From NCBI GenBank assembly GCA_030324005.1, contig JARDVH010000031.1:35112583-35176582 (forward strand): a stretch of 64,000 nucleotides of DNA. Direction: 5' to 3'. The DNA is from Negaprion brevirostris (lineage: Eukaryota). A program made the position numbers and the translations under genes. The notes below the pieces were generated by a model. The model worked only from the letters and a program-made list of their open reading frames with translations, was not told the DNA's origin and did no database searches. Positions 40,751 through 54,335 of the stretch are shown one piece after another (within the stretch, counting starts at the first letter, position 1; the number at the start of each line of letters is the position of its first letter).

Positions 40751-41989
40751 CCACTGATCAGAATATTTAAAATAAAGCATTGAGTGTCTTCCTAATACAA
40801 GTGCTTTCCTGTGCTGAGTACATAATAGTCTTTTCATGACTGAGTAGGTACTGTATGGCAAAAACAGATGCTTAATTTTGGTTACAAGTAACTGTGATTC
40901 TTATGTTGCATTTAATTTGTCACCGTGTGCTCTAATTGTCTGTCACTCTGCCACAAGGGTATTAAGGTAAACCAAGAAATATTTCCATGTGCTGGTAGTC
41001 AGGATTAACAAATTGGTGATATTACTCCATGTGCGTGTCTGTGAATCATAACATGAAATCATTTTATTATTGGAAAACAATCATTTTTGAGATAACAATT
41101 CAAGAATCTTGTTGTCTCCAAAATTCTCCATGCTGTAGAACAAGTCTCATAATTTTTTTTAAGAGCAAGAGTCAGGACATACAGTGCAAACAAGGCTTTG
41201 TGGGGTGAGGGAGCTGAAAGAGATACTTGCTCTTTCTCCACAAGGATTATTTAGCAACTGTGCTAACAAGATGCAGTTTTGTATTCTTTCAGTTCTACTT
41301 TTTTTTAAAAATCTGTGTCATTACTTGGAGCTGTACCTCATTTACCCTTTATTCACGCTGCTATACAGTAAAAAAACAATAATACTTCCACATCAACAAT
41401 CATGCGTCTTAATACCCTTGTCAGTGAGTCACTGTGCTGGATGATGTGATATTGAACAACCGATCAGGAAAATCTTTTGTTCAGTTCCCAGGCTGTGGCA
41501 AGCTAACCAACATTTAAATGACTGGCTGCAGAACAGTATGGTTGCTTATTATGCCTGAGCTGGAAAGAAAACAGATTGGCAGGGTTCCACTCCTAATTGT
41601 TATCGCATGACTCCTGTTAATAGTGTGCATGCTTAGATTTCAGGCAAGAGCCAGATCTTTTTCCAGTAATAACTGTCATGGTGTAATAACTCGGCAACAT
41701 TCACTACTAGGAAAGAAAATTTATGGTAAATGAAAGGAGACGAAAATGTCTATTATATGTGCATAACTCTTGTGTAAGTAATTGTTGCGGATTTAAAAAT
41801 CAGGCAGTTGTATGATAGACAAATGCATCTATTCTTGGTGTTGTGATTATACTTCCTTTTTCTTTTAAAGGATTGCCCACAAATGCAAAAGAATTATAAA
41901 GAAAATCAAAGTATAGGTGTTTTAATGTGAGCAACATGCTTATCAAAATCCTTTTTTATACTTAATTGTAACTTTTTTTTATAGCAACG

Positions 41990-42320
41990 TACTTTTTTTC
42001 CATCATGGGATGTGGGCATCACTGACGAGCTAACACTTGCTGCCCATCCCTATTTTCCTTTGTACTGAGTATTCTTTTCAGAGAGCATTTAAGAGTCAAT
42101 CATGTTGCTATGGGACTGAAATTGCATGCAGACCAGAGCAGATTTCCTCTCCTGAAAGATTTTAGCAAATTAGTGACATTAAATTAAATGAATATAAATT
42201 GACCTGCTTTATATTTGTATTATTGCATATATTATTATATATGCATATATATGTCCACCAGCGTGTTAGCCTGGGCCTCTGGATTGCTAGTCCAGTGACA
42301 TTACCACAGCACCAGTTTCT
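41990..42320 (-). mobile_element. SINE of a second family sharing its tail with a CR1-group LINE
   Basis: catgggatgtgggcatcactg...tgcccatccct; ctctggattgctagtccagtgacattacca; related pieces near 9100-9600, 43740-43880, 52770-52920. Confidence 0.7.
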
Positions 42321-45300
42321 CCCCATAATGTGCAGTAATCAAATTGGATCAGTCTGTATTTCCCATCCTTGTGGTAGAATTTGGATCCAGCATTCTCAGA
42401 AGCTTGTTTTTCTTAATAGTGTAATGGTTTAAAGATTATTAAAAACAGATGATCAGTGTTGCAAGGCGTGTATAGAAAATTAGCGCTGTTGTACTAAAAC
42501 CTGACAGTGCAAAGAACTAGTGATTTTCTTTTTACAGACTAAACTTGAATAATAATTCAGTCTAATTCCAAAATAGCTACTGTTGTATTCGTATAATTTT
42601 ATGTATCCGGTCCTGTCATGCCCTCAGGACGTTGAAGTATGCTGGCTGTAGAGCTGTTTCTTTTTTTTTCCAGTGGTGCATTTGTACTTCAGATCACTGT
42701 CAAACCTTGCTCAAAATTTTAACCAGACTAGGGCGAGGCACTAAATAGCAATTATATTTCCTCACACCCGGGTGAAAATCTGGGCTTGTCACTGAGTTTC
42801 TGTGCAGTTGAGATATTTATAGCTTTTTTAAAAAGAACCATTTTGTTTTTATTCCCCATGTATGTTTTTGATTCTGCGTGGTGTTTTTCTCTTCTCAAAA
42901 TGAAGACCCATGCCACTATTAAACTGGTTAGTTCATGATGATGACCATACATCTTGCCAATGCAGTTGACGTTCCAGCGGTTTCATACCACATTATTTCC
43001 AGTTCTTGTAGAAACTTGGTCTGCATGGAAACTTGTAAAACCATTTTCCTTCCGTCCTACAGTCCTGACAGTTTGCGATATTTTTTCACAGATTTTTAAA
43101 ATAATAACCAAATTATTTCATTTTCACCCCCACACCCTTTTTGAAATGCTCATCCCATTAGTGAACTTGTGCCATGTTCTACTTCATAATTTAAAAGATA
43201 GACCTGGAGCATTCTGAAACCATTTGCTGGAAGGAATAGGAAATTTGCTTGGTAGTGGTTTGCCTCATTTTCCAAATTTGGTTTCAATTTGGTCCCACCT
43301 TCTAGCGTGCCTGAAATCATTAGTTAGCTTTGCCAATAGCCTTATGCTGCATATTTGGAACAGTATATCAGATGGCACTTACCCTTACATCATACCTTCT
43401 ATGATTTGCAATTGCTACAAGTTATTGTTTTGGATTGGTGCTATCACAGCTGACTGATTTACAGCCATCAGTATTAAATATGCAAAACACTGTGCAGATT
43501 TAATTCGTGAAAGGGCACAATTCATTCTTTGTACTTTCACAGTTCAAATGGACAGTATAATGCTCCAATTCCTCATTTTTGATTTGTTGAAATCAGTTAC
43601 ATCCCAACAAAATAAGTCCGATACCTATTTTTTAAATAAATAACCACAACACTTTGCAGTTATTGATTGAGAGCTTCTGGAGAATTGATTTAAATCCTGT
43701 TCAAGAATGCGGGGGCCATTGTACATTGGTTTTGCCAATAAAAAGTGTTCTCCAGTTTTATAAAAGAAAATATTAGTCCTAATTTAAATTCGATAAGCAT
43801 TTCTGTGGATGTTCTTAGCAACATGGAAACCCTTGAGTTGGGTCTCTGACTATTGGGCTGATCCAGTAACATCACCAATGAGGAATAAGTGAGAGCAGCT
43901 CCATCAGAAACAGCAGGACTATAACCTCACATCAGTCTACAAGCTTCCCAGCCTTGGGGAAACTACAGTTGGATTGGAAATGTTCCTTGTGTTGAAGAAT
44001 GCATAGGGATGTTTTACATTGCAGAGTGGCCAGTTCGGGACACCTGACTTAAGGATTTTCACACTGGGAAGGAAACCAAAATTAGAATTTTCATTCTGGT
44101 CAAAGATGTTCATCAAAGTGTAATTCAAAACTCTGTGTATAATTTAAGCAAACAGAATTCTCACTGGTGAAGTTTTTGAGGCTCTTAGTGTATTAACGCA
44201 TTCGGTATATAATATTGACCCTGTCTTTCCTCTACCACATTTAATACTAGTGTAATTTGCAGTATAGTAAGTACATCCTGGATTTATAAAAGGATTAGGA
44301 AACTCTGGAACATTAATTTACTTGAAACTAGCCTGCAGAAAAAACTGTTTTAAATAGGCACAAGAAATGTGATCCCACAGACTATGGAAGGCATTTTTCT
44401 GTTTCTGAAGTCAAATTATTTTTCATTTGTGGTCAGCCTCAGAGGAGTTTATTATTGTGTGAAAATGAGGGTATTGGCAGTTGGTATCCCTTACGTTCAA
44501 ACAGCCATTTAACTTTTACCTTCATATGAAAGTAATTTATTTCTTGGTGGGGCAGGGGGGTTTTGGAAGAAATACAGTAATATGTAATCTGGACAAAATT
44601 TTCTAAAGTTAGTGGGAACTGATGTCCATTCCTGAATTTTTTTTCCCATTTCATAATTTGTTATATTACTGTCAATTTGTTTGACTTTCTGCCAAACAAC
44701 AAAGATGTGCAAAAAATAAAATTACAGTTTTATATGACTGGTAATGCAACATGGTCTTCTCATCTGAGTAGCTAAAGGAAAGAAGTTTTGAGAATTCACT
44801 TTCTTCAAACTGTTATTTTTTAGATACTGAAGAAATATATTTCTATTTTAAAGTCAGTTCTATTCCTTATTGAATTCTGATGGATTGGGTCTCTTAACGA
44901 AATTGGCATTAATAATTTATATTCTTTATGTGCTGGAGCAGTTTCATAGGCTGAATTTGGGGCTTTGATTATCAAGCGCAAGTTAAGAGCTGTTGACCAC
45001 AAAAATTAGCTGCAAGTAAGCAGCATATTTTTCTGGATAGAGTTGATAGCAGATTGACTTTCAAACCAAATTACTTTTGTGACTACTATAGTAACCAGTA
45101 GAACATGGCATAGTACAAGGGGACCAGTAGGTCATTTCATTAAAAATTGATTTTTTTATATAGAAAGCATTCTCTACTCATATGCAAGGAATGTAGATTT
45201 TTCTTCCATTAAATTCAGCATATGATCTGGTACTAAGCTTTATAGAAATTCCCAGATTTGATCATTTAATGGGGCTTGTATTAGCATTTGCACCCTTGAA

Positions 45301-45764
45301 TTTAGCATCTGAAAAACTTTGTACATTTCCATTTAGATTATGATAGAGTAGTGCTTTCCTGTCGATCTCCCTCCCAACTTTTAGTGGAAATACACAAGTG
45401 GTGATGGTAGCTGATGTTGGATGAAGTTCAGCTGTGATGGTCAGCTGTAATTTGATAGTCAAATCAATAGGTTTACTTCCTTTAGCCTTGGTTAAATAGC
45501 TGCTGTGGCTGCAGTATAGATTTCAAAGACTGGAAATTAGATTTNNNNNNNNNNTTACTGACATCTCTGAAAGGACACATTGGGGAGGAGGATGATATTT
45601 GAAAACTAGAAGCTGAAATATGACCATTTTGCAATCATACTGCAGATAAGGCACCAGCAGTACCTTTGTGATTAGACTGTAAAACATTGTACTCTTTATT
45701 CATGATACAATGGTTGATAGAAATAGAGTCTCTTTTTATGCTTTGGCTTTTCATTGAGAAATGA

Positions 45765-46110
45765 TACAGTGGCAGAGTGGTTAGCACTGCTAGCTCAGTG
45801 CCAGGGACCTGGATTCAATTCAGGCCTTGGGTGACTGAGTGGAGTTTGCATGTTCTTGCCATGTCTGCATGGGTTTCCTCCAGATGCTATGGTTTTCTCC
45901 CACAGTCCAAAAATGGGCTAGTTAGGTGGATTGACCATGGGCAATTGCCCCTTGATGCCCCAAGATGTGTAGGTTAGATGGATTAGCCGTGGTAAATGTG
46001 TGGGATTGCAGGGATAGGGCGGGGGAGAGATCCTGGTTAAGATACTCTATCAGAGATTCGGTGTGGACCCAATGGGCCAAATGACTGTCTGCACAACAGG
46101 GATTCCAAGA
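45765..46110 (+). mobile_element. HE1-like SINE
   Basis: gtggttagcactgc head, cccacagtccaaa core, CR1-like tail. Confidence 0.88.
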
Positions 46111-46442
46111 ACTAGGTTGCATGTTTCCATGACAGTTGATTACTCCCATCATAGGTAGATGTTTTGAAGAGAGGGATAGCAGGGGAAAAAAATAATATGA
46201 CTATGTCTGATTCCACTGTCTCTCCCTTCAGGTTGGAAGTGGGAAGACAAAGATGGTAAAGTGTTGTTTGTGAATCAGAAATAAGGCCAAACATTGGTTT
46301 AATCTGAGGGCTCTTGATCTGTTTGGGAACTGAAGACTTTTGAAGCATCTGGATCTTATAAACCTAATTTCCTTTCCCAGATTGAAATATCTATTTGGCT
46401 TTATCCGAGTAACTGTCTGATACAAGTATGCTTTCTTCCCAG

Positions 46443-46536
46443 AAATTAGTAGTGGAGAATGTTGACGTGCTAACTCAAATGAGGACCAGCTTTGATAAAC
46501 CAGACCAGATGGCAGCACTCTTCAAAAGATTAACAT
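46443..46536 (+). CDS. NCKAP1: NCKAP1 coding exon (~exon 24, 94 bp)
   Basis: ttcccag| ... t|gtgggt; [31 protein letters not shown]. Confidence 0.95.
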
Positions 46537-47764
46537 GTGGGTATCAAGTATGTTCTCAGATTACAAAAACTGGGCTGACAATGTAAAGATTTTTAAATCT
46601 GTGTTGACATAACCTTGTTGCAATGCAATTATAGGACCGAGCATTCCGCCTTCATGTTTTACACAATGGTATTGGTTATCCAATACTGTGAATTTTAAAT
46701 TTTACACATTGCCATAATATGATATCAATTACAGGGTAAAGCTACTTCAGATCAGAGGTGTCTGTACGTTGCTTTTCCTAAGAGAAGACTGAGAAAAATG
46801 ACAAAATCCTTTCTAAAACTCGGGGCAGACTTCAGTTACCAAAATANNNNNNNNNNNNNNNNNNNNNNNNNNNNNNNNNNNNNNNNNNNNNNNNNNNNNN
46901 NNNNNNNNNNNNNNNNNNNNNNNNNNNNNNNNNNNNNNNNNNNNNNATACAAAACCATATAACGAAAAGTTTGTTTCTTTGAGTAACTACGTTTTTATTC
47001 ATCAAAAGTTGTTCTTTTTGGCTTGCTTGTGATCAGTCAGCTGCAAAGCAGAGGATTTTAGTCCCAGTAATTTTACTTACATATGGAATACTTCAGATTA
47101 ACTGTAATGAAAGTTGCCAGGCAACTTACCCCACACACTCAAGTTGAAGACCTATCCTTAATATTTTTCCATGCTGAAATAATTTCAGATTTTGCATGAT
47201 CGCCGAAAATTATTTCAAAAAAAGGGATAGCACCACTAATCCTACTCCACTGATGCATTTGTGAGAGACTAAGCTTGGCAGTATTGAACAAATGAACTGT
47301 TTAATAAGCAAGTGTCCTGCTAATCAGAGAAAAACAAATAATCTCCAAAAGGATACTCATCTTTATATTCACCTTTGTAGAAAATTGCTGTGGATTTCAT
47401 CATTTTTTTTCGTAGTTTTCATCCAGACAAGGAAGTAAGTTATGGAAAATCATTTTTGGCTCTATGTTGATGATCAGAAGTTATGTGACCAGACTGTTGT
47501 GATAAATATGAAAGCAAATGTTGATTTGGGCAAAGTCTTAATCTTGTCACAGCTGACTTTATAACCCAGGGGTGCACTGCAGCATTTCGCAGTAACTTAG
47601 GAAGATTGGCAGCTATCTAAGTAAGGCAAGTTTTTAGACTAACTTGCTCCAGACCATGAGTTTACCTGGGACATTTGGGAAATGTGCACTTGTGAACTAA
47701 AGAGAAAATAAATACCTTTTGAATCTCAAGTTAGAGCCAAGAAAAGTTAAAATACTAGATTAGG

Positions 47765-48045
47765 GTGCAGGGTGATACAGTGGTTAGCACAGCTACCTCA
47801 GTGCCAGGGACTTGAGTTCAGTTCTAGCTTTGGGTCACTATCTTGTGGAGTTTGCATCTTCTCTCCTTCTCCGCATGGGTTTCCTCTCTCGGTCCAAAGA
47901 CCTGCAGATTAGGTTGATTGGCCATGCTAAATTGCCCATTAATGTCTGGGGATTAGCAGTTTAAATACATGGGAATAGGGCCTGGTGGGATTGTTGTCAG
48001 TGCAGGCTCAAGGGACGAATGGCACCTGCATTGTAGGGATTCCAC
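47765..48045 (+). mobile_element. HE1-like SINE
   Basis: Same head/core/tail pattern as other copies. Confidence 0.88.
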
Positions 48046-49212
48046 GTTTCTAGGTAGTGATTACATGTTTGATTTTGAATTGGATTTCTTGGTGTGGCAT
48101 ACAGAGGTTTCCCTAATCAATCCAGAAGACTACACTGTAAGCAAATACTTTTAGATCCTTTAGAGCTGACTTCTCATCTGAAGGAAATATCGACACTGGA
48201 TTTTCCATGCTGGTGGTCCATGTAGTTTTTAATAAAAAGGTGGCTGACACAACTGACCAAAGGTTGTACGAGGAAGAGAAGATGCTGGAGAGCAAGTGCA
48301 AAAATAGCCTGGGGAAATTAGATGAGTCCCACCTCTATCCACATCATGTGAAGAAACAGACACGAGAAAAAATTTAGATCTGTAGTATGGTGAACTGGAA
48401 ATATTGGAAGTGTGCTGTTATCAAATACAGTTGCATTTTTAATAGCATTTCAAAAATCTGGAGCAGAAATCATTGGGTGCAAGCTGATAGTATCTTTGCA
48501 AATATTTTGTCTTCATGTAGTTTGTAAATATTCGTTACAGTTTAACAAAGTAGAATGACAACTGCATTTAGATTTCGCAATATGTGGAAAATTATTTAAA
48601 GTAACACCAGATCATAAAAATTACCGAAACAAATGACAATTACAGGTTAATTAATCTGACTTTCAAAAGAGATTCTGATTCCATGTACGGGACTCTGAAA
48701 CCTTTTCAAAAACATTTAATTCATCATCTTTCAAAAGGAATTAGTTGTGCTAGCATTCCAAGATAACTGGGGAAGAAGCGCTAAGCTTTTCACTCTTATT
48801 GTAGTTACTTAACTAAAATACATTAGCTTAAAATACATTAGCTTTAACTATGCTGAAATTATGTTTCATAACACATCCATTCAGAGCTGCGCATTCTCAA
48901 TACCTTATGGATATTGCCCACATAAGAAACTTGATTTGTTTTTTTTCAAAAATAATTAATTCTGGAACCACGCATTGGCATATTTTAGAAAATAACTTAA
49001 AATATTAATTGAACAGAAGAAATGCCTGTGAGTCATTTGTTTGTGCAGTATATTAAAATTTTAATTAGGTAATCTGAAAAATTTTATGGTGCTGAACAAA
49101 TCATTTTGTAAAGGGTACTGATTAACCTGTTATGTGTTTGCAGCATTTTTTGTGCGTTATTGATCTAAAGAAATTACATAAATGACACTTCTTTTTGTCT
49201 CTAAATAATCAG

Positions 49213-49295
49213 CGGTTGACAGCGTATTGAAGAGAATGACAATAATTGGTGTCATCTTATCATTCCGTTCACTAGCACAGGAAGCACTCAAAGAT
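49213..49295 (+). CDS. NCKAP1: NCKAP1 coding exon (~exon 25, 83 bp)
   Basis: aatcag| ... gat|gtaagt; (S)[27 protein letters not shown]. Confidence 0.96.
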
Positions 49296-49499
49296 GTAAG
49301 TATTGACAAATATATTCAATGAAGAATAATTATGGTCAAATTACTGAGTGTTGTATAATACATACAGAATCAGTGTCATTAGAGGAAGATATTTGACTGA
49401 AGCAACTCTTTAATGAGAAAACATTGTACTAAAAAGACTGCAAAGGGAAAATAAAATATACCAAATTCAAACGTGCTAGAACATAGTAGACATTTCAAC

Positions 49500-50046
49500 T
49501 TCTAGCAAATGGCACTCCATTATTTGCAAGTTGCTCTCTATTTTATTTAAGACGGGAGGGAGGGAGAAACCGGGAAGCTACAGGCCTATCAATTTGACAT
49601 CAGTTATAGTGAAGTTATTGAAATATATCATCTGGGGCAGAACTGCTGGCCATTTTATTAAGTATATTGATCAAAGACTATTAATTGGGGGAGTTTGTTA
49701 TGTCTGCCTTAATGTAATTAAGTTTTCTAATGAGGTCACTAACCAGGTGGACAATGTCAAAAACATGCATTTGAATGATGCCATCGATCACTGGTGAGGC
49801 TACAGCTGGAGTACTGTGTGCAGTTTTGGTTGCCGCACTTGCACAAGGATATTTTGGCCTTGGAGGGAGTGCAGAGGAGNNNNNNNNNNNNNNNNNNNNN
49901 NNNNNNNNNNNNNNNNNNNNNNNNNNNNNNNNNNNNNNNNNNNNNNNNNNNNNNNNNNNNNNNNNNNNNNNNNNNNNNNTTGAATGGCGGGGCAGGCTCG
50001 AAGGGCTAGATGGCCTACTCCTGCTCCTATTTCTTATGTTCTTATG
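49500..50046 (+). mobile_element. CR1 fragments (old RT piece followed by a young 3' end)
   Basis: REKPGSYRPINLTSVIVKLL; [24 protein letters not shown]; tail cctatttcttatgttcttatg. Confidence 0.88.
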
Positions 50047-50049
50047 TTC

Positions 50050-50600
50050 AATTGCTAAATGTCCCAAGGTCCTTCAGAAAGCCGTTATCAACAACAATTG
50101 TAGTGTCTTTAATGCAATAGAATACCCTAAGATGCTTCACAGGAACGTTATAAAGCAAAATTGGACACCAAGCAGCATAAGGAGGTATGAGCGTAGGGAA
50201 CCAAAAGTTTGAACAAAGAGGAGGGAAAAGGGTAGAGAGGCAGCAAGATTTTTTTGGTGGGGGGTTGCAGTGAAATTCTCAACCCTAGAGCAGCTGAAGG
50301 CAGGGCCACCTATGGTGGAGCATTTGATATCAGGAATACTCAAGCCAGAGTGCCAATATCTCTGAAGATTGAGAGGCTTGAGGAGATTGAGAGAGTGAGA
50401 CAATGGAGGCATTTGACAAAAAAGGTAAGAATTTCAAAATCGGAGGCTTGCTTGACTGGGAGCCAATTTAGGCAACGAGCCCAGGTGTGACAGGAGAGCA
50501 GGACTTGATGTAAGGACGTGGCTGCAGAGTTGTGGACGACCTCAAGTTTACAGGGTATAGAATGTTAGTTGCCAATGAGGAGTCCAATAGAAAAGTCAAG
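50050..50600 (-). mobile_element. L2-like LINE 3' fragment
   Basis: Minus frame STIGGPAFSCS resembles the L2 C-terminal GGRAFS motif; related decayed pieces near 23700-24140 and 57150-57450. Confidence 0.6.
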
Positions 50601-51339
50601 CCTAGAATTGACTGAAACCTATTTATAAAAGAACAATAACTTCCAGATGGGAGGCAGGAGATGTAGCAGGAGAGCACAGAAACTACCTTTTGCACATCAG
50701 TAGTCAGCCAATAGATAAGCCACAAGAAAGGAGTGGAAGTGTAATCAATAAATTTGAGTATAATTTTGAAATGCATTCAGATGCCATTGTGTTTTTAAGT
50801 GACCTAAAGGTACAGGTAGTATGTTGGAATTCCTGTACTCTACGGATTTTCTATATGGGAGACATTTTCTGAGTTACTTGGCACACATCCATTACCCCTG
50901 TCCCCATTACTTTCATTATAGACATGATCCATATTAAAAAGAACAGGAGACGCATGGATAGTTTCAAGTAGCATATGGGAGTGACCTTTGATTTAATACT
51001 GTGATATGTTAAATGTGTTTATATCATTTTGCTTGGGAGGGGCATGTTTAAAATTTAGCTGTTTTACATCCTGCCGATTTGTCTGCAAAACCGGCACTCG
51101 TGCTGAGAATGTGGGCTGATGATTTTTAGCTAAGGGTATGTTTGTTTTTAGTCATAATTAATGCATTTTTTGTTCATTTTTCCCCTGGAGTTTCAGAGCA
51201 GCGGTTTACATTGCTACCTCATAGTGCCAGAGACCCGGATTCAGTTCTGGCCTTGGGCGACTGTGTGGAGTTTGCGTGTTCTCCCTATGTCAATGAAAGA
51301 TGCTTACTCAAAAAAAAATTAGACAAAGTGTTTTGTAGT

Positions 51340-51722
51340 GTATGATTGCACCCTTTTATTGTCAATTGTAGAGTGCACACTCCCCACACAATGCCTTCCT
51401 GCCCCTTGGCAGTGCCCAGTGGACACTGGATGCCACTACTTGCCCTGAGCAAACCAGGGGAGGGCCTCAACGACCTCCGGTCTACCCATAAGATCATCAC
51501 ATCTGATTCCCGTTGCTGGGGACCGTATGTAATCCTCGCCGGCGAGGACCTACACCAGTGAGGCCATTGAGGCAAGTGAGCTTGGACTATTATGCAATTC
51601 AGGATTGGTATCATCGCAAGAGGTGAAAAACTGGGCTTGAACTCTTGTTTTTCACCTCTCCCGTGATCTTAACAGATAACCACGCTGATCAACCAGTGTG
51701 ACAAGCCGGTAAGATCACTCCA
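51340..51722. mobile_element. Non-autonomous DNA-transposon-like fragment with internal hairpin
   Basis: Internal stem agaggtgaaaaa / tttttcacctct; TIR-like end ggtaagatcactcc; left TIR not seen. Confidence 0.4.
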
Positions 51723-52182
51723 TTATCTCTGTCGGAGATGTGGATTTATGGGTGGGGCTGTTTGNNNNNNNNNNNNNNNNNNNNNNNNNNNNNNNNNNNN
51801 NNNNNNNNNNNNNNNNNNNNNNNNNNNNNNNNNNNNNNNNNNNNNNNNNNNNNNNNNNNNNNNNTTTATGGGTGGGGCTGTTTGGTTGAGGATTGTTTTA
51901 GGGAGAGAGAAAGCTAATGAACTATTTTTGCAACAAATTACATATTTACAAAGAATGTTGAATAATGTACAGAGAAAAATAGAAAAAGGATTGTGATTTA
52001 TTCAGTCTTGCAATCCTTGTCTGCCTCAGTTCTTTTTACTACTTACTCATTTTTCCTATTTGTAGACTTCTTCTGATCTTTAAAGCTTTTGAATTGTGAG
52101 CAACAGCTCGTCTTGTGTGAAAACTGAGATTGTCAAGGCCCATAATGTCTGAGCTGCAGTCTATCAACGTGGTACCCAAAAG

Positions 52183-52495
52183 GGGGTGGCACAGTGGTTA
52201 GCACTGCTGCCTCACAGTGCCAGGGACCTGGGTTTGATTCCTGGCTTGGGTCACTGTCCGTGTGGAGTTTGCACATTCTCCCCATATCTGCTTGGGTTTC
52301 TTCCAGGTGCTCCAGTTTCCTCCTATAGTCCAAAGATATGCAGATTAGGTGGATTGGCCATGCTAAATTGCCCCTCAGTGTCAGGGGGACTACCTAGGAT
52401 AAATGCATGTTATGGGGATAGGGTCTTGGTGGGATTGTGTTTTGTGCAGAATCGATGGGCCAGATGGCCTTCTACTGCATTGTAGGATTCTGTGA
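52183..52495 (+). mobile_element. HE1-like SINE
   Basis: ggtggcacagtggttagcactgctgcctcacagtgccagggacc head; tail gattctgtgat. Confidence 0.9.
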
Positions 52496-52990
52496 TGTGC
52501 TGGGGACCCATGCCCCCCACTCTGAAGCCCCCACGTAAGGATTGCATAGCAATTGCTCTGCAATGGAACTCATCCAAAAGTAAAAATATAAATCTCAACC
52601 TTCAGATGGTTCTGACCGCCTTAGGGCTACCCAGAGAAAAAAAAAACTCATGGATAGGCCTTTACTACCAGCTGGCAAAAAGATTAATACAAAGGTGGTA
52701 CTTTTGCTTCAAAGACTGGATATTTGTAGTCTAGATTTCTTTTTTAAATTAGATGAATCTATTATTTTCTTGGAGCATCATTGGGTAGGTCAGGATTTGT
52801 TGCTCATCCCTAATTGCCCTGGAGACGGTGGTGGTAAGCTGCTGCCTTGACCACTGCAGTCCATGTGGTGCTGGTGCATCCACAGTGCCATTAGGGAGGG
52901 AATTGCAGGATTTTAATTCCGATGATGATGAATGGAGTCCTTATTTTCAATCTTGATAATTACCTAATAATTTGGGTATTTTTTCTTCAG

Positions 52991-53071
52991 GTCCTGTCCT
53001 GCCACATTCCATTCTTGGTAAGTTCAGTTGAAGATTTCAAGGACCACATTCCAAGGGAGACAGATATGAAG
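52991..53071 (+). CDS. NCKAP1: NCKAP1 coding exon (~exon 26, 81 bp)
   Basis: cttcag| ... aag|gtaatg; [27 protein letters not shown]. Confidence 0.96.
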
Positions 53072-53592
53072 GTAATGGTGTTTACATTGTTAATTTTAAT
53101 TATTTGAGTATTTATGTGCGTATAACCTATTCAAAGTAATGTACGTCAGTACTAATTAGTTCAGGCTGCAATTTGCAGAAAATAAATTCGTATCTTGATT
53201 AGATGCATTTAATTTTCATAATTTTCATGTGATTTTAACATACTGCATATATCAACACAGCACATATGCTGTGCAATTCCTTTCCATAAATTTTCTCTCA
53301 CCACGATATTGAACAATACTTTTTATTTTGACATTTGCAGTGATGATTCTCCATATACAAAGGAGCAAAGCTATTAAATGCAATAAATTAGCCTTAGTAA
53401 ATGATGTGAGTTTTCAAGAAGCAATCCAGCCATTAAATATGTAATGCATGCAACTGAACTTCTACAGTGCTAGTCCAATCGTTAACTACATTTGTCCTGA
53501 ACATTTCAACAGGACTTGGAATAGGATCATGCCAAGCATTAGTCTGGTTAGCCAAATAAATGTGTCCTGAAAATACCCAATTGGACTTTGGG

Positions 53593-53880
53593 CAGGGTTG
53601 CTAACTCAGCATGGATGTGTTCCTGGAGCTGTCATTACCTAACCTCCAGGCCAACTCGAGCATACCGCCTTCCCATGCCAATAGGAAGGCAAGAATCAAA
53701 TAGGCTTTTATTGCGCCTCTGATATTTTTAATTACTAATGAACAAATGTAACCAAAAAATTTTTTTAACAACTTTGTTATGGCCCCTGTGCTTTTTTGTC
53801 CCAGATTTTTTACATAACCTGGAGATTAATCTTTAATTCTTGGTGACTCTAGGTCCATTCTGGGGGTTTGGCATCTCTAG
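53593..53880. mobile_element. hAT-like non-autonomous element (degenerate TIRs)
   Basis: agggttgctaac ... gtttggcatctct approximates AGGGTTGCCAAC/GTTGGCAACCCT. Confidence 0.45.
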
Positions 53881-54235
53881 CTTTAGGGCAAGCAGGCAAG
53901 CATCTCCTTCACAAATTGTGTTAGTGATAACAATAAACTAAAATACAGTCAAGCTTCAGAAAGCTACAAATTAGTTAGCCTGACCCTCTAATTTCCTACC
54001 ACCACCTTTTAGACCATATCCAATTCCTAATTAAAAGTTATTCGAGAGACTCCTGTCAGCAATTTGACAGGTGATCCACTTGAATATACTAGAATTAAAC
54101 ATTTTTTTCAATTAGTAACTAGAAAACTATCTATTGCAGAGAACGTACATTGTGTAAAGAATTTTATTTAACAATTTATCTTTGGATAGTTTCTTCTAAC
54201 ATTTGTCTGTAAATATGGTTCCTTAACATGTATAG

Positions 54236-54335
54236 GTTGCAATGAATGTTTATGAGCTTTCTTCANNNNNNNNNNCTGGCTTGCCTTGTGAAATTGACCC
54301 AGCATTGGTGGTAGCTCTGTCATCTCAGAAGTCAG
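54236..54335 (+). CDS. NCKAP1: NCKAP1 coding exon (~exon 27), interrupted by a 10-N gap
   Basis: gtatag| ... g|gtatgt; VAMNVYELSS-[N10]-GLPCEIDPALVVALSSQKS. Confidence 0.94.

Noticed and set aside
42655-42772. Strong acceptor-like tract tttctttttttttccag in intron 23
   Set aside because: No convincing donor or recognisable coding frame downstream.
48814-48843. 15-bp tandem duplication (similar 13-bp one at 16051-16076)
   Set aside because: Two-copy slippage duplications; no array structure.
52183-52250. tRNA-like A/B boxes here and at other copies
   Set aside because: These are SINE heads followed by SINE core and CR1-like tail; no complete cloverleaf.
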